A program made the translations under genes and the position numbers. Below are positions 8,019 through 24,529 of a DNA stretch of 32,000 nt, in pieces. Each line of letters starts with the position of its first letter. The first letter of the stretch is position 1. The notes under the pieces were generated by a model. That model made no database searches. It was not told the origin of the DNA and saw only the letters and a list, made by a program, of their open reading frames with translations. This DNA comes from Candidatus Nanogingivalaceae bacterium (GTDB lineage Bacteria > Patescibacteriota > Saccharimonadia > Saccharimonadales > Saccharimonadaceae). Location: contig CP072208.2 in NCBI GenBank assembly GCA_015257795.3, forward strand, positions 90,001 to 122,000, written 5' to 3'.

Positions 8019-8435
8019 ATGGAACCGCAAAAAAATCTTGAAATTCCACGAGCTTTTGTGGCTCAGCCTGAGTCAATGAACAATAGTCCTCACGAAGTGG
8101 GGAATTTTGGCTTTGAAAAAGAAATAAATCAAATAGATAATGATAAGGCGAGAGCTGAAGCACTTCAAGCATTTTCGAATCAAGAGGGTCAGCCAACTGT
8201 GCAACCTCAGACTCAGCTTCCAGTCGTGCAAGACAGTCCATCTATACATCCAGCGCCTTTGGTTCCGGCGACAGCTAAGGATATTGACCTGATGGAAGAT
8301 GAGTGGGTTAAAGATTTGAAAAAAATGATTGTTGATACAAAAGGCGATCCTTACGCACGAGAAGTTCGATTCAAAGAAATGCAAATGGATTATTTAAAGA
8401 AAAGGTATAACAGAATTATAAATGGTGGGAAGTAA
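8019..8435 (+). CDS. hypothetical soluble protein with a Gln/Pro-rich centre
   Basis: A 138-aa ORF. Its stop overlaps the start of the next gene (TAATG at 8433-8437). TGTTATAAT (8002-8010) lies 8 nt upstream of the ATG. Confidence 0.5.
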   Translation: MEPQKNLEIPRAFVAQPESMNNSPHEVGNFGFEKEINQIDNDKARAEALQAFSNQEGQPTVQPQTQLPVVQDSPSIHPAPLVPATAKDIDLMEDEWVKDLKKMIVDTKGDPYAREVRFKEMQMDYLKKRYNRIINGGK

Positions 8436-11350
8436 TGAGTATTTGGATAATCTTATTTATTAGTTTTATAATTATATGTGTAGCTGCATATTTTGTCTTT
8501 GATCAGTATAAAAAAATGGTTCGTGAGGCTAAGAACTATGAGCGTGGGCTAAAAATGGTTCCTATTCGAATTCACCTTCCTCCACCAAGCGATGATCTTG
8601 AGACTGGTGGTCGCGATGAGCGTGATGTGGTCGATGAAGTTCTTTCTGAAGCTCAGACAATGTATAATATTATTGCTAGCACAGCAATGAAGGGCTTTAA
8701 GACGAGACTTTATGGTCAGAGGCATATTTCTTTCGAAATTGTAGCAAGTGATGGATTGGTTCGATATTACGCGGTGGTTCCAGCAGTTTTGACGGAAACA
8801 ATCAAACAAGCAATTTCTGCTGCATATCCTGCAGCAAGACTTGAAGAGGTTGAGATGGAAAACATTTTTTCTCAGCAGGGAAAAATGCAAGGTGTAATTG
8901 GGGGTGAATTCGAGCTTAAAAAAGATTTTTATTACCCAATTGCAACTTATCAGGAAAGTCGTAGAGATGCTGCCCGTGCCTTGCTCGACGCTTTAAGTGG
9001 GGTTGAACGCGGGGATGGAGCGGCTATTCAGATTATGTTTCGTCCAGCCCCAGAAAATTGGACAAATAAATCAAACCAAAAAGTTGAATCAATTCGAAAT
9101 GGTAAATCCAAAAAAAGCAGTGCAGCAGGCGCCCTTGACATAATGGAAGCCTTATGGAAACCGCCAACATACGGAATAAATAATTCATCGGCAGACTTTC
9201 CTCAATTAACGGCGCTAGAGAATGAAGAGATTCAAGCAATTGAAGATAAAACCAAATATCCAGGATATGAAGTTTTAACTCGAGTTATCACGTCTTCATC
9301 AACGGCCGCTAAAAGTCAAGCAATTTTACAATCTATCGTTTCAGCATTTTCGCTTTTTGATTCACCTCGTTATAACGGTTTTAAATTTAATATGACAACA
9401 GATGTTGATGAGCTTATTACCGCTTATATTTTTCGATTTTTCCCACAAAGTACGAATAAAAATATTTTGAACAGTGTAGAACTTTCGACAATATTTCATT
9501 TACCTGATCAAAATTCAATTCCTACAGGAAAGGTTGAACGGCAAAGAATCCGTCAAGTTGATGGGCCGACCGAACCAATGCGAGAAGGTTTGTTAATTGG
9601 AGTTAACGAATTCCGTGGCATTGAAAAACAGATTCGCCTTGGAATTAATGACCGCCGTCGACACACTTACATTATTGGACAAACTGGTATGGGTAAATCG
9701 AAACTTCTTGAAAATCTTGCTTATCAAGATATTATGGAAGGCCGAGGTTTTTGCTTTATCGATCCGCACGGAGATTCTGCTGAAGAACTTCTAGGGATGA
9801 TTCCTCAATCTCGAATGGATGATGTGATTTACTTTAATCCGAGTGATACTGAAAACCCATTAGGTTTTAATATTTTCGAAATTGAAAGTCCTGAAGATAT
9901 GGACTTTGTGATTTCTGAAACTAACTCGATGTTGAAATCGCTTTTCGATCCAGGAAACACGGGAGTTGTTGGTCCGCGAATGGAAAATATCGTGCGAAAT
10001 GCAGCCTTGTTGTTGATGAGTGATCCAGATGGTGGAACATTTATGGATATTCCAAAAGTTTTGGTTGATCCTGAATTTGCAAAGCAGAAAATTAAATACC
10101 TTCGAAATCAACGTGCGATTGATTTCTGGACGAAAGAGTGGCCTGCATCTCAAAGATCTAATGACGCGGGTGAGCTTGTTTCTTGGGTTGTTTCAAAATG
10201 GGCACCTTTCGAAAGTGGGTTAATTAACAATATTATTGGCCAGAAAAAAAGCGCCTTTAATATTCGAGAAGTAATGGATAATAATAAAATCTTGCTCGTT
10301 AACCTTTCTAAAGGTAAGCTTGGTGAAGCTGCCGCAAAGCTACTAGGTATGGTTTTCGTGATGAAATTCCAAGCAGCAGCGATGAGTCGAGCAGATATAC
10401 CTGAGGATGAGCGAAAAGACTTTTGTCTATTTGTTGACGAGTTCCAAAACTTTGCAACAGATTCGTTTGAATCAATTCTATCTGAAGCTCGAAAATACCG
10501 CTTGAATCTTATTCTTGCAAACCAGTTTACAACTCAGTTGAAGGATTCGATTAAAGATGCTATTTTCGGAAACGTTCCAAATAAAATTGTTGGTCGAGTT
10601 GGTATTGATGATGCTGAGATTCTTCAAAAGGCATTCACCCCAACGTTTACGGCAGAAGACCTAACTAAAACACCAAATTATAACTCAATTACAACAGTTT
10701 TGGTTAACGGTTTTCCTTCAGCGCCTTTCACGATGAAGCTTTTGCCACCAATTGGTCGTTCGAACTCGGAGATTCGTGAAGGTTTAAGGAAGTATTCTGC
10801 TTCAAAATACGGTAGGCCTCGTGCGATTGTTGAAGATGAGATTCGAAAGCGCTTAAGTGTTAACCCTACACCAAAGCCAGCTCAACGTCCTATGAGTCCT
10901 ACTGTTCCTCAAGTAGCACAAAAACCGCAGATTAGTTGGCAGGAAAGAGCGATTAACGCTACTGAACCGGCATCAGCTAATAGTTCTAGTAAGCCTCAAG
11001 ATTCTTTTCTTGATGATTGGATTAAAAAGCGTGATGAATTAAGAAATAAAACGGTAAGCACTGAAGAAAATAACGTGCCAAAGAGCAATTTAGCGCGAAC
11101 ATTTCAAAAGAATATTCTACAGACTCAGCAACAGAATTCAAGTGGATTACAAAATAAAAATAATCCACAAATTCAACAGCAGATTCGATCACCACAAATG
11201 CAGTATAATTCTGTGATCCAAGATATTACTTCTTCAAAAGAAGAGAAGGTAGAATCAAATCGATTATCGATACGGGAAGAGCCATCTCAGGATAAGACTG
11301 GTAGCATTAAAAAAATCGGTAACGATGAGGTAATATTTAAAATCAGGTAA
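8435..11350 (+). CDS. membrane-anchored FtsK/HerA-superfamily P-loop ATPase of the VirD4/TraD/TraG coupling-protein type, with a low-complexity Q/S/P-rich C-terminal tail
   Basis: One N-terminal TM helix (IWIILFISFIIICVAAYFVF), Walker A GQTGMGKS (9677-9700), FIDPHGD, Walker B CLFVDEFQNF (10424-10453) and LILANQF. The C-terminal ~150 aa are rich in Q, S, N and P. Confidence 0.6.
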   Translation: MSIWIILFISFIIICVAAYFVFDQYKKMVREAKNYERGLKMVPIRIHLPPPSDDLETGGRDERDVVDEVLSEAQTMYNIIASTAMKGFKTRLYGQRHISFEIVASDGLVRYYAVVPAVLTETIKQAISAAYPAARLEEVEMENIFSQQGKMQGVIGGEFELKKDFYYPIATYQESRRDAARALLDALSGVERGDGAAIQIMFRPAPENWTNKSNQKVESIRNGKSKKSSAAGALDIMEALWKPPTYGINNSSADFPQLTALENEEIQAIEDKTKYPGYEVLTRVITSSSTAAKSQAILQSIVSAFSLFDSPRYNGFKFNMTTDVDELITAYIFRFFPQSTNKNILNSVELSTIFHLPDQNSIPTGKVERQRIRQVDGPTEPMREGLLIGVNEFRGIEKQIRLGINDRRRHTYIIGQTGMGKSKLLENLAYQDIMEGRGFCFIDPHGDSAEELLGMIPQSRMDDVIYFNPSDTENPLGFNIFEIESPEDMDFVISETNSMLKSLFDPGNTGVVGPRMENIVRNAALLLMSDPDGGTFMDIPKVLVDPEFAKQKIKYLRNQRAIDFWTKEWPASQRSNDAGELVSWVVSKWAPFESGLINNIIGQKKSAFNIREVMDNNKILLVNLSKGKLGEAAAKLLGMVFVMKFQAAAMSRADIPEDERKDFCLFVDEFQNFATDSFESILSEARKYRLNLILANQFTTQLKDSIKDAIFGNVPNKIVGRVGIDDAEILQKAFTPTFTAEDLTKTPNYNSITTVLVNGFPSAPFTMKLLPPIGRSNSEIREGLRKYSASKYGRPRAIVEDEIRKRLSVNPTPKPAQRPMSPTVPQVAQKPQISWQERAINATEPASANSSSKPQDSFLDDWIKKRDELRNKTVSTEENNVPKSNLARTFQKNILQTQQQNSSGLQNKNNPQIQQQIRSPQMQYNSVIQDITSSKEEKVESNRLSIREEPSQDKTGSIKKIGNDEVIFKIR

Positions 11351-11354
11351 TTAA

Positions 11355-11660
11355 CTACCTGATTTTATTTTTAATGAATTTTAGAATGTAGAATGTAATT
11401 ATATATGTGATAAATAGTGGAAGAATAGCGTTAAAATCAATTGTAAAGCCATTTAATATACAAATATATAATAATATATAATATGTTAATAAACTAGCAC
11501 AGAGAGCGAAAAATAGCAGTTTAGGAATTATCACTTTCTCTAGCGTATCGGATATTTTTTCGATAGAATTTGAATGGATAATTTTATGAATTATCTTATC
11601 TCTTGAGGGCGATTCTCCGTTGATAAATTTTAAAATAGATTTATATTTTTTATCTTGCAT
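11355..11660 (-). CDS. small membrane protein (hypothetical)
   Basis: A 101-aa, very AT-rich ORF with two C-terminal hydrophobic helices. It overlaps the upstream gene by 11 nt. Confidence 0.4.
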   Translation of the reverse strand: MQDKKYKSILKFINGESPSRDKIIHKIIHSNSIEKISDTLEKVIIPKLLFFALCASLLTYYILLYICILNGFTIDFNAILPLFITYIITFYILKFIKNKIR

Positions 11661-12411
11661 TGTTAAAATCTCCTAAATGACGTTTAAAATAGCGAATTTC
11701 TTTGTATAATAAATTTGTACGCAAAGTCATATAAACAGATATAGCAAATAATATAATAAAGAAAAGGATATTTTTAGTGGTGGTTTTAAATTTTGAATAG
11801 CTAGAGAGCTGGTCTACTAAAGTTTCAATACTTTTCGAAATAGGGCATTTTACGGGATAAGCTAATTCGTTTCCAAAGCTAACTTTAATAATACAATCAA
11901 AAGAATCGCCTTGTTTTTTAAGCGTGGGGAATTTTTCTTTCATTTTTATAGCAAATATTTTTCTTTCAGATTGTCCGGCGTTGATCGTATCTTGATTCCA
12001 ATAAATCTTATCACCAGACTCTTTGTAGTCGGCACCATCAACTAAGTCTGCATATTCTAAAACATCGCTAAGATTAACTTCGAAATTTGTTTTTTGAGGA
12101 AGATTTGAGATGTTTTGAATTTTTAATGTATATGAAATAATATCCCCAGGTTTAAGGTTGTGTTTTGCAGTTGAACTAATGCTGTAGATCAAGTTTGGGT
12201 TAGCGGTATTGCTTTTGAAGTCTTTTGTTTTTATAGGAGTATTTAAAGAATTTATCAAAGAGGAAAAGAAAAAAGTAAAAAATACAAAAAGAATTGCGAA
12301 ACTACTAAAAGTCCACCAGCGCAGATCCTTCTTTAGTTTATTCTCATAGTCTTGTATTTTATTACCCAATGAAGGGCTTCTATAGTAACCTAAAATAATA
12401 TCTTTAAACAT
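11650..12411 (-). CDS. membrane protein with a DUF11/CARDB-like beta-sandwich surface domain (hypothetical)
   Basis: N- and C-terminal TM helices flank PGDIISYTLKIQNISNLPQKTNFEVNLSDVLEYADLV...INAGQSERKIFAIKMK, which resembles the 'conserved repeat domain' (DUF11). An AAAGGTGGG SD is present. Confidence 0.45.
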   Translation of the reverse strand: MFKDIILGYYRSPSLGNKIQDYENKLKKDLRWWTFSSFAILFVFFTFFFSSLINSLNTPIKTKDFKSNTANPNLIYSISSTAKHNLKPGDIISYTLKIQNISNLPQKTNFEVNLSDVLEYADLVDGADYKESGDKIYWNQDTINAGQSERKIFAIKMKEKFPTLKKQGDSFDCIIKVSFGNELAYPVKCPISKSIETLVDQLSSYSKFKTTTKNILFFIILFAISVYMTLRTNLLYKEIRYFKRHLGDFNNAR

Positions 12412-12530
12412 AACCCACCTTTATATTTACATTTTACCATATTATTGCTATAAAAATAAGCTTTGTTTGAATTTTTTTCGAAAATAAGGTATAATACAGA
12501 TATAAATTTATTACAGAAATTCTGAAATGA

Positions 12531-14519
<1,989 letters not shown>

Positions 14520-14521
14520 TT

Positions 14522-17017
14522 ATGGAAGATAAGAATAAAAAACCTCTTGAGGGTGAAATTGTTGAACAACAAAACCATTCGAAAGTTCTAGAATATCGAA
14601 CAGTTGAAGATGTGATGGAAGATTCGTTCCTTCGATATTCGATGTCGGTGATTATCGACCGTGCGCTACCGGATGTTCGTGACGGAATGAAACCAGTTCA
14701 TCGTCGCGTGCTCTATACGATGGGGGAAATGGGTGTTCGACCAGGATCGGCATTCAAAAAATCTGCACGTATTGTCGGTGACGTAATGGGTAAATACCAC
14801 CCGCACGGTGATAGCTCAATTTATGACTCAATGGTTCGCTTGGCGCAAGATTGGGTAATGCGATATCCCCTCGTTGAAGGTCAAGGAAACTTTGGTTCGA
14901 TGGATGGTGATCCGGCTGCTGCGATGCGTTATACTGAGGCGCGTCTTGGTCGAATCGGTGATATTTTGTTGAACGATCTCGATAAAGATACTGTTGATTT
15001 TCGACCAAACTATGACGGTTCTGAAAGTGAACCATCAGTTCTTCCAGCAAAATTACCAAATCTTCTTTTGAATGGTCAAATGGGTATTGCTGTTGGTATG
15101 GCGACAAGTATTCCAACTCACAATTTAAGCGAAATTGTTGACGCAACGGTTGAACTTATAAATAATCCAGAAGCTAAGCTCGAAGATTTAATGAAACACG
15201 TTAAGGGTCCAGATTTCCCAACTGGTGCCGTAGTCTACGGTGGAGCTCCAATGATTCAAGCTTATCGAACTGGTCGCGGAAGTGTTACTATGCGAGCGAT
15301 TGCTGAAATTGTTGAAACTAAACGCGGTCGTCATCAAATCGTTGTCTCAGAAATTCCATACAACGTAAATAAAGCTTCCCTAATCGAAAAGATTGCCGAA
15401 TTGGTAAAAGAGAAGAAAGTTACTTCAATCGCTGACCTTCGAGATGAATCTGCGCGTGGAATGGTTAAAATTGTAATTGATCTTAAAAAAGATGCGTATC
15501 CAAAGAAGGTTCTCAATCAGCTCTACAAATTAACACCACTTCAATCAAACTTCCACTATAACATGCTTGCATTGGTTGATGGTGTTCAGCCTCGAGTGCT
15601 TGGTTTGAAAGAAATGCTTGACGAATTCGTTAAACACCGTCGTCACGTTGTTCGTCGCCGAACAGAATTTGAACTTAAGAAAGCAAAAGCTCGTGCACAT
15701 ATTTTGGAAGGCTTAAAGATTGCGCTTGATCACATTGATGAAGTTATCGCAACAATTCGAGCTTCAAAAACTACTGATATTGCTGAAAAAGCTTTGCGTG
15801 AAAAATTTGGTCTAACTGAAATTCAAGCAAAAGCAATTCTTGCAATGCAACTCCGCCGATTGACTGGACTGGAACGTGAAGCGATCGAAGAAGAATTAGC
15901 GGCACTATTGAAACTTATTGGCGAACTTGAAGCTATTCTCGCCGACGAGAATGAAATCCTTCGAATTATTAAAGAAGAACTTCTCGAAATGAAAGAGAAA
16001 TATGGTGATGAGCGTAAAACTAAGATTATCAATCGTGAACTTGGTAAATTCTCAGATGAAGAGCTTATTCCTGAAGAAGAAAGTGTAATTCTCTTAACGG
16101 GTGAAAATTACATCAAAAGAACTCTTCTCGCAGATTATCGCCGACAAAATCGTGGCGGAAAAGGCAAGCGCGGAATGACAACAAAAGATCAAGATATTAT
16201 TGATCAGTTAGTTCCAGCAAGTACACACGATTGGCTATTGTTCTTTACGAATAAAGGTCGAGTATTTAGGCTTAAAGCTTATGAAGTTCCAGCGGCTAGT
16301 CTTCAAGCGAAGGGCGTTGCAGCAGTAAATCTATTGCAACTTCAACCTGAAGAGAAAATTACATCAATTATCAAGCTTGAACAAAATAGTAGTACAGAAG
16401 ATTACCTCTTTATGGCTACTGTAAAGGGTACTGTAAAAAAGACAGCACTTAAAGATTTCACTAATATTCGAACAAATGGTTTGAACGCGATCAATCTTGA
16501 TGAAGGTGATGAATTGCGCTGGATTCAAAAAACTAATGGTCAAAGCGATATTATCGTATCGACGTCTGCAGGACAAGCCGTTCGATTTAATGAAAATGAT
16601 GTTCGTTCGATGGGTCGCGCTGCTCGCGGTGTGCGTGGTGTTCGTCTCCGACCAAATGACAACGTTGTTGGAATGGATGTTGCTAAAGATGGAACGCAAA
16701 AACTTCTTGTTATTTCGGCGAATGGATACGGGAAAGCAACGAAAGTTTCAAACTTTGAAGTTAAACATCGTGGTGGAATTGGCGTTAAGGCTGCAATTAC
16801 AACTGCAAAAACTGGTCCAATTGTTTCAGTCCAAACTTTGCCAGAAGCTGTTTCAGATGCATTAATGATTTCAAGTGGTGGCCAAACTATTCGTGTTGCG
16901 GTTAAAGATATTCCAACTCTTGGCAGAACAACACAAGGGGTTCGAATAATGAAACTTTCTGATGGTGACACGGTCGCAAGCGTTGGTCTAATGGAAGAAA
17001 ACCGAGAGGAAGAATAA
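14522..17017 (+). CDS. gyrA: DNA gyrase subunit A
   Basis: [32 protein letters not shown] (QRDR), [10 protein letters not shown] (catalytic Tyr) and a C-terminal beta-pinwheel are present. Confidence 0.97.
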   Translation: MEDKNKKPLEGEIVEQQNHSKVLEYRTVEDVMEDSFLRYSMSVIIDRALPDVRDGMKPVHRRVLYTMGEMGVRPGSAFKKSARIVGDVMGKYHPHGDSSIYDSMVRLAQDWVMRYPLVEGQGNFGSMDGDPAAAMRYTEARLGRIGDILLNDLDKDTVDFRPNYDGSESEPSVLPAKLPNLLLNGQMGIAVGMATSIPTHNLSEIVDATVELINNPEAKLEDLMKHVKGPDFPTGAVVYGGAPMIQAYRTGRGSVTMRAIAEIVETKRGRHQIVVSEIPYNVNKASLIEKIAELVKEKKVTSIADLRDESARGMVKIVIDLKKDAYPKKVLNQLYKLTPLQSNFHYNMLALVDGVQPRVLGLKEMLDEFVKHRRHVVRRRTEFELKKAKARAHILEGLKIALDHIDEVIATIRASKTTDIAEKALREKFGLTEIQAKAILAMQLRRLTGLEREAIEEELAALLKLIGELEAILADENEILRIIKEELLEMKEKYGDERKTKIINRELGKFSDEELIPEEESVILLTGENYIKRTLLADYRRQNRGGKGKRGMTTKDQDIIDQLVPASTHDWLLFFTNKGRVFRLKAYEVPAASLQAKGVAAVNLLQLQPEEKITSIIKLEQNSSTEDYLFMATVKGTVKKTALKDFTNIRTNGLNAINLDEGDELRWIQKTNGQSDIIVSTSAGQAVRFNENDVRSMGRAARGVRGVRLRPNDNVVGMDVAKDGTQKLLVISANGYGKATKVSNFEVKHRGGIGVKAAITTAKTGPIVSVQTLPEAVSDALMISSGGQTIRVAVKDIPTLGRTTQGVRIMKLSDGDTVASVGLMEENREEE

Positions 17018-17439
17018 TGCCAAGATATTTAGTAATTTTTGTGTTGGCGTGGGTAATTGCGCAAGGTGCTAAATATATTCTTGAAATTCGAAAAGAGAAG
17101 TCGGCAAAATTTAAGCGAATCATCACTGAAAGCGGCGGAATGCCAAGTTCACACAGCTCAGTGGTGATCGCTATTGCAACGCTCATTGGATTACGCGAAG
17201 GAATTTACTCACCAATTTTTGGTCTCGCTTTCGTCTTTGCAATGATTGTAATTTATGATTCAATGAAAGTTCGATTTTCGAATGGAGTTCAGGCTGAGAG
17301 AATTAATGAAATTATCGAAAGCCAAAATCTAGACATTAAAAAAGTTCGAGTTGTAAAAGGTCACACACCTCTAGAAGTTGCTGTAGGCTCAACAATTGGA
17401 ATTTTCATCGGATATATAGCATTTTTATTAGGACTATAA
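17017..17439 (+). CDS. divergent PAP2 / acid-phosphatase-vanadium-haloperoxidase-related membrane protein (DUF212, YuiD-like)
   Basis: GGMPSSHSS motif and multiple TM helices. The ATG overlaps the gyrA stop (TAATG). Confidence 0.6.
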   Translation: MPRYLVIFVLAWVIAQGAKYILEIRKEKSAKFKRIITESGGMPSSHSSVVIAIATLIGLREGIYSPIFGLAFVFAMIVIYDSMKVRFSNGVQAERINEIIESQNLDIKKVRVVKGHTPLEVAVGSTIGIFIGYIAFLLGL

Positions 17440-17503
17440 TAATAAAATTAAATAGGCTTTTTGAAGTCTATTTAATTTTTATGAATTTTCTTTTAAAAAA
17501 GTG

Positions 17504-17532
17504 TTGACTTTTAAAAATCTATTAAGTATAAT
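17504..17532 (+). promoter_or_regulatory. 16S rRNA promoter TTGACT-17 nt-TATAAT
   Basis: Read directly. It is followed by a boxA-like TGAACTTTAACAAT (17587-17600) and the 5' half of the 16S processing stem. Confidence 0.65.
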
Positions 17533-17657
17533 AGTTATTAGTTCGATGCGTGGAGTTAATAAATCGCGAGATTGAACTGATAATTCTGAACTTTAACAAT
17601 TTAATTGTGCAAATTTATCGTCAGTCTATTTTATAGATTATCAATTTGATAATTCTT

Positions 17658-19185
<1,528 letters not shown>

Positions 19186-19343
19186 TAGGGAGAGTTATGC
19201 CAAAGGTTCGAGAAATCAACCTTTGAAGCTAGGTCGGTCTTTTCGAAAGTTTCTGTAAATTTTACTTTCGAATTCAGCCTGTAAAGGCAAGACTAAAGTT
19301 TACCGCAGACTGAGATAGATTGCACAATTAAGTTGTTAAAATT

Positions 19344-19376
19344 AAATAGCCTTTCGAAAGATCGGCTATTTTTATT
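19344..19376 (+). terminator. terminator-like hairpin inside the 16S-tRNA spacer
   Basis: AAATAGCC/GGCTATTT stem with TTTCGAAA in the loop, followed by TTTTT. Confidence 0.45.
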
Positions 19377-19391
19377 AATAAGAAAAAACCC

Positions 19392-19420
19392 TTGCATTTT
19401 ATTAATAAATAATATATACT
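19392..19420 (+). promoter_or_regulatory. candidate internal promoter TTGCAT-17 nt-TATACT ahead of the tRNAs
   Basis: Read directly. A second TATAGT is at 19423-19428. Confidence 0.45.
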
Positions 19421-19443
19421 ATTATAGTATTCATTAAAAATCT

Positions 19444-19520
19444 GGGGATATAGCTCAGTTGGCTAGAGCACCTGCTTTGCAAGCAGGGGGTCCAGGGTTC
19501 GAGTCCCTGTATCTCCACCA
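19444..19520 (+). tRNA. tRNA-Ala (anticodon TGC), CCA encoded
   Basis: GGGGATA acceptor with the G3:U70 pair, a CTTTGCAAG anticodon loop and a GGTTCGAGTCC T-arm. Confidence 0.93.
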
Positions 19521-19573
19521 AAGAAAGTTTTTGAATCTTTTTCGAAAATTCTCTTTGGCAAAAAGCCGAATAT

Positions 19574-19650
19574 GGGCGATTAGCTCAGCTGGTTAGAGCG
19601 CGTCACTGATAATGACGAGGTCGGAGGTTCAAGTCCCTCATCGCCCACCA
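19574..19650 (+). tRNA. tRNA-Ile (anticodon GAT), CCA encoded
   Basis: GGGCGAT acceptor, an ACTGATAAT anticodon loop and a GGTTCAAGTCC T-arm. Confidence 0.93.
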
Positions 19651-19654
19651 TAGA

Positions 19655-19677
19655 ACTCCCAAGTGGGAGTGTTTTTA
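19655..19677 (+). terminator. terminator-like hairpin after tRNA-Ile
   Basis: ACTCCC-AAGT-GGGAGT followed by GTTTTT. Confidence 0.5.
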
Positions 19678-19713
19678 TTTATTGCGAAAAATTAAAAAAA
19701 CATCCAAAAACTC

Positions 19714-19742
19714 TTGCATTCAAAAATAAAATGATATATAAT
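19714..19742 (+). promoter_or_regulatory. 23S promoter P1, TTGCAT-17 nt-TATAAT
   Basis: Read directly. The -10 is followed by AGT, as in the 16S, P2 and rnpB promoters. Confidence 0.5.
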
Positions 19743-19808
19743 AGTAATCACTTGCGAACGTTCATCCTGAACCTCTGGCTAAAAAGTCAATAAAATGATA
19801 AAAAACTA

Positions 19809-19837
19809 TTGACAAAAAATATTCAAAAATATATAAT
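19809..19837 (+). promoter_or_regulatory. 23S promoter P2, TTGACA-17 nt-TATAAT
   Basis: A perfect consensus read directly. A boxA-like TTTAACAAT follows at 19923-19931. Confidence 0.6.
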
Positions 19838-20010
19838 AGTAAAGCGTTTGAGATCAGGATGATAAGTTCGAATCTTTGTAAGATTGAATTTATAATTTTG
19901 CTCTTAAAATGGGAGCGAGAAATTTAACAATTTGGTGATGTAAAAGAAGATAAGAATTTAAGATTGACGGCAAGTATTTGGTTGTTACCAATTACTAGTT
20001 AAGTCAATGC

Positions 20011-23133
<3,123 letters not shown>

Positions 23134-23324
23134 GTCCATATTCACTAAAATAATCTTGTATTATTGGCGTGAATATGGTAGACTTAACTAGTGTTTGGTG
23201 ATTATCAAGGATAATCGCTAGTCAATCTAAAATCTTGGCATTACCAAATAATACCAAGGACATCGAAACGAGGTTTTGGCTCACCGCTTAGGAATTTGTG
23301 GCGAGTTGAAGCACAAAACCTTAT

Positions 23325-23432
23325 TTCGGTGCCCATGGCGCTGGGGAAACACCTGTTCTCATTCCGAACACAGAAGTTAAGCCCAGTAGCGGCGAGCATA
23401 CTGCGAAAGCGGGAAAATAGCACGGTGCCGAA
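23325..23432 (+). rRNA. rrf: 5S ribosomal RNA
   Basis: TTCGGTGCC...CCGAACACAGAAGTTAAGC...GGTGCCGAA, with helix I closing the two ends. Confidence 0.9.
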
Positions 23433-23440
23433 TTATAAAA

Positions 23441-23468
23441 AACTCCTCCTAACCGGTGGAGTTTTTTC
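23441..23468 (+). terminator. intrinsic terminator of the 23S-5S unit
   Basis: ACTCCTCC/GGTGGAGT hairpin followed by TTTTTT. Confidence 0.6.
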
Positions 23469-23516
23469 GTTGTTCATTTTTAGTCTTAAAAATACTAGTA
23501 AGAGTAGTGCTATAAT

Positions 23517-24374
23517 TCATTTATAATTTTTATATTCAAATACTTCACCTAATTCAATAGGAAATATTTTTACTTTTTGGCTATGTTTTCGAATCTTATC
23601 ACTTAATTCATTATATCTTTCAAGAGGAATTTCTACGTGAATAATATCATTAAAAGGAATATTATCTAAAGAACGAATCTCAGTTTCGCTAAATATTTTT
23701 GGCAATTTTGCAATTTTGTTTAGTTCTTTAATGCCAAGAATTACTGGGAAGTTTTCTCTAATATCAGAGTATTTTTCAAAAGATTCCCATGTATTTTTAC
23801 AAGATTTATTTACTTTTCCGCTCCAAGATTTTTTTGAATTTATTTTATTTTTCTTTCTCCAACTAAGAATATTCACAAGTGAACGCGGAGCAAGTATCGT
23901 ATATGCTAGAACATACATTTTTGTGTAGTGTCGCACAATCCAAAAAATACTATCGCCAAAACGAAAAGTTTTAGGATTCTTAAAATTATGATTATCCGCA
24001 TAGCATCTAGCAATAATTCTTTTATTTACTAGAGATATTGATTTCATACTTAATTTTTTAGAATAAATAATTAAGTAGTCATCTTGCTGGGTTTTTAATC
24101 CATTTTTTAAAATATTATCAAAAATTGGTGTAATATTTCTACTGGAATTATACTCAAAGCCTCCAGTTCCGTGCCAGAATTTTACATTTATAATACTATT
24201 TTTATACTCTTCTAGCTCATCTTCGGTAAAATTAGGTAAAGTATTCAAAAGTTGTTTTTTAAGCTCTAAAATCGCCTTATTTTGCGTTTTAGTTTTTAAT
24301 GAGTTTGGCAAGAAAAATATACAAATTTGCTTAGGCAACTTACGGTAGAACTTATTATTTATTCGAAAAAACAT
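23517..24374 (-). CDS. orphan protein, strongly AT-rich (hypothetical)
   Basis: Long ORF. The start is moved to ATG 24374 because TGCTATAAT (minus strand, 24389-24381) lies 6 nt upstream, and because the ORF-track N-terminus runs through the neighbouring gene's promoter. No family was recognised. Confidence 0.5.
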   Translation of the reverse strand: MFFRINNKFYRKLPKQICIFFLPNSLKTKTQNKAILELKKQLLNTLPNFTEDELEEYKNSIINVKFWHGTGGFEYNSSRNITPIFDNILKNGLKTQQDDYLIIYSKKLSMKSISLVNKRIIARCYADNHNFKNPKTFRFGDSIFWIVRHYTKMYVLAYTILAPRSLVNILSWRKKNKINSKKSWSGKVNKSCKNTWESFEKYSDIRENFPVILGIKELNKIAKLPKIFSETEIRSLDNIPFNDIIHVEIPLERYNELSDKIRKHSQKVKIFPIELGEVFEYKNYK

Positions 24375-24380
24375 AAGAAA

Positions 24381-24389
24381 ATTATAGCA
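24381..24389 (-). promoter_or_regulatory. extended -10 TGCTATAAT, 6 nt upstream of ATG 24374
   Basis: Read on the minus strand. Confidence 0.45.
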
Positions 24390-24447
24390 TAAACAGATTA
24401 GAAATACAAAAATATTATAATAAAATAAAAAAGTACTTATGTAAATA

Positions 24448-24476
24448 TTGACAAAAAGCATATGTTGTGCTATAAT
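24448..24476 (+). promoter_or_regulatory. perfect consensus promoter TTGACA-17 nt-TATAAT
   Basis: TTGACA 24448-24453 and TATAAT 24471-24476. Confidence 0.7.
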
Positions 24477-24529
24477 AAAAACATAATCAACAAAAAAGAT
24501 TAGATTTAATTAAAAATAAAGGAGATTAA

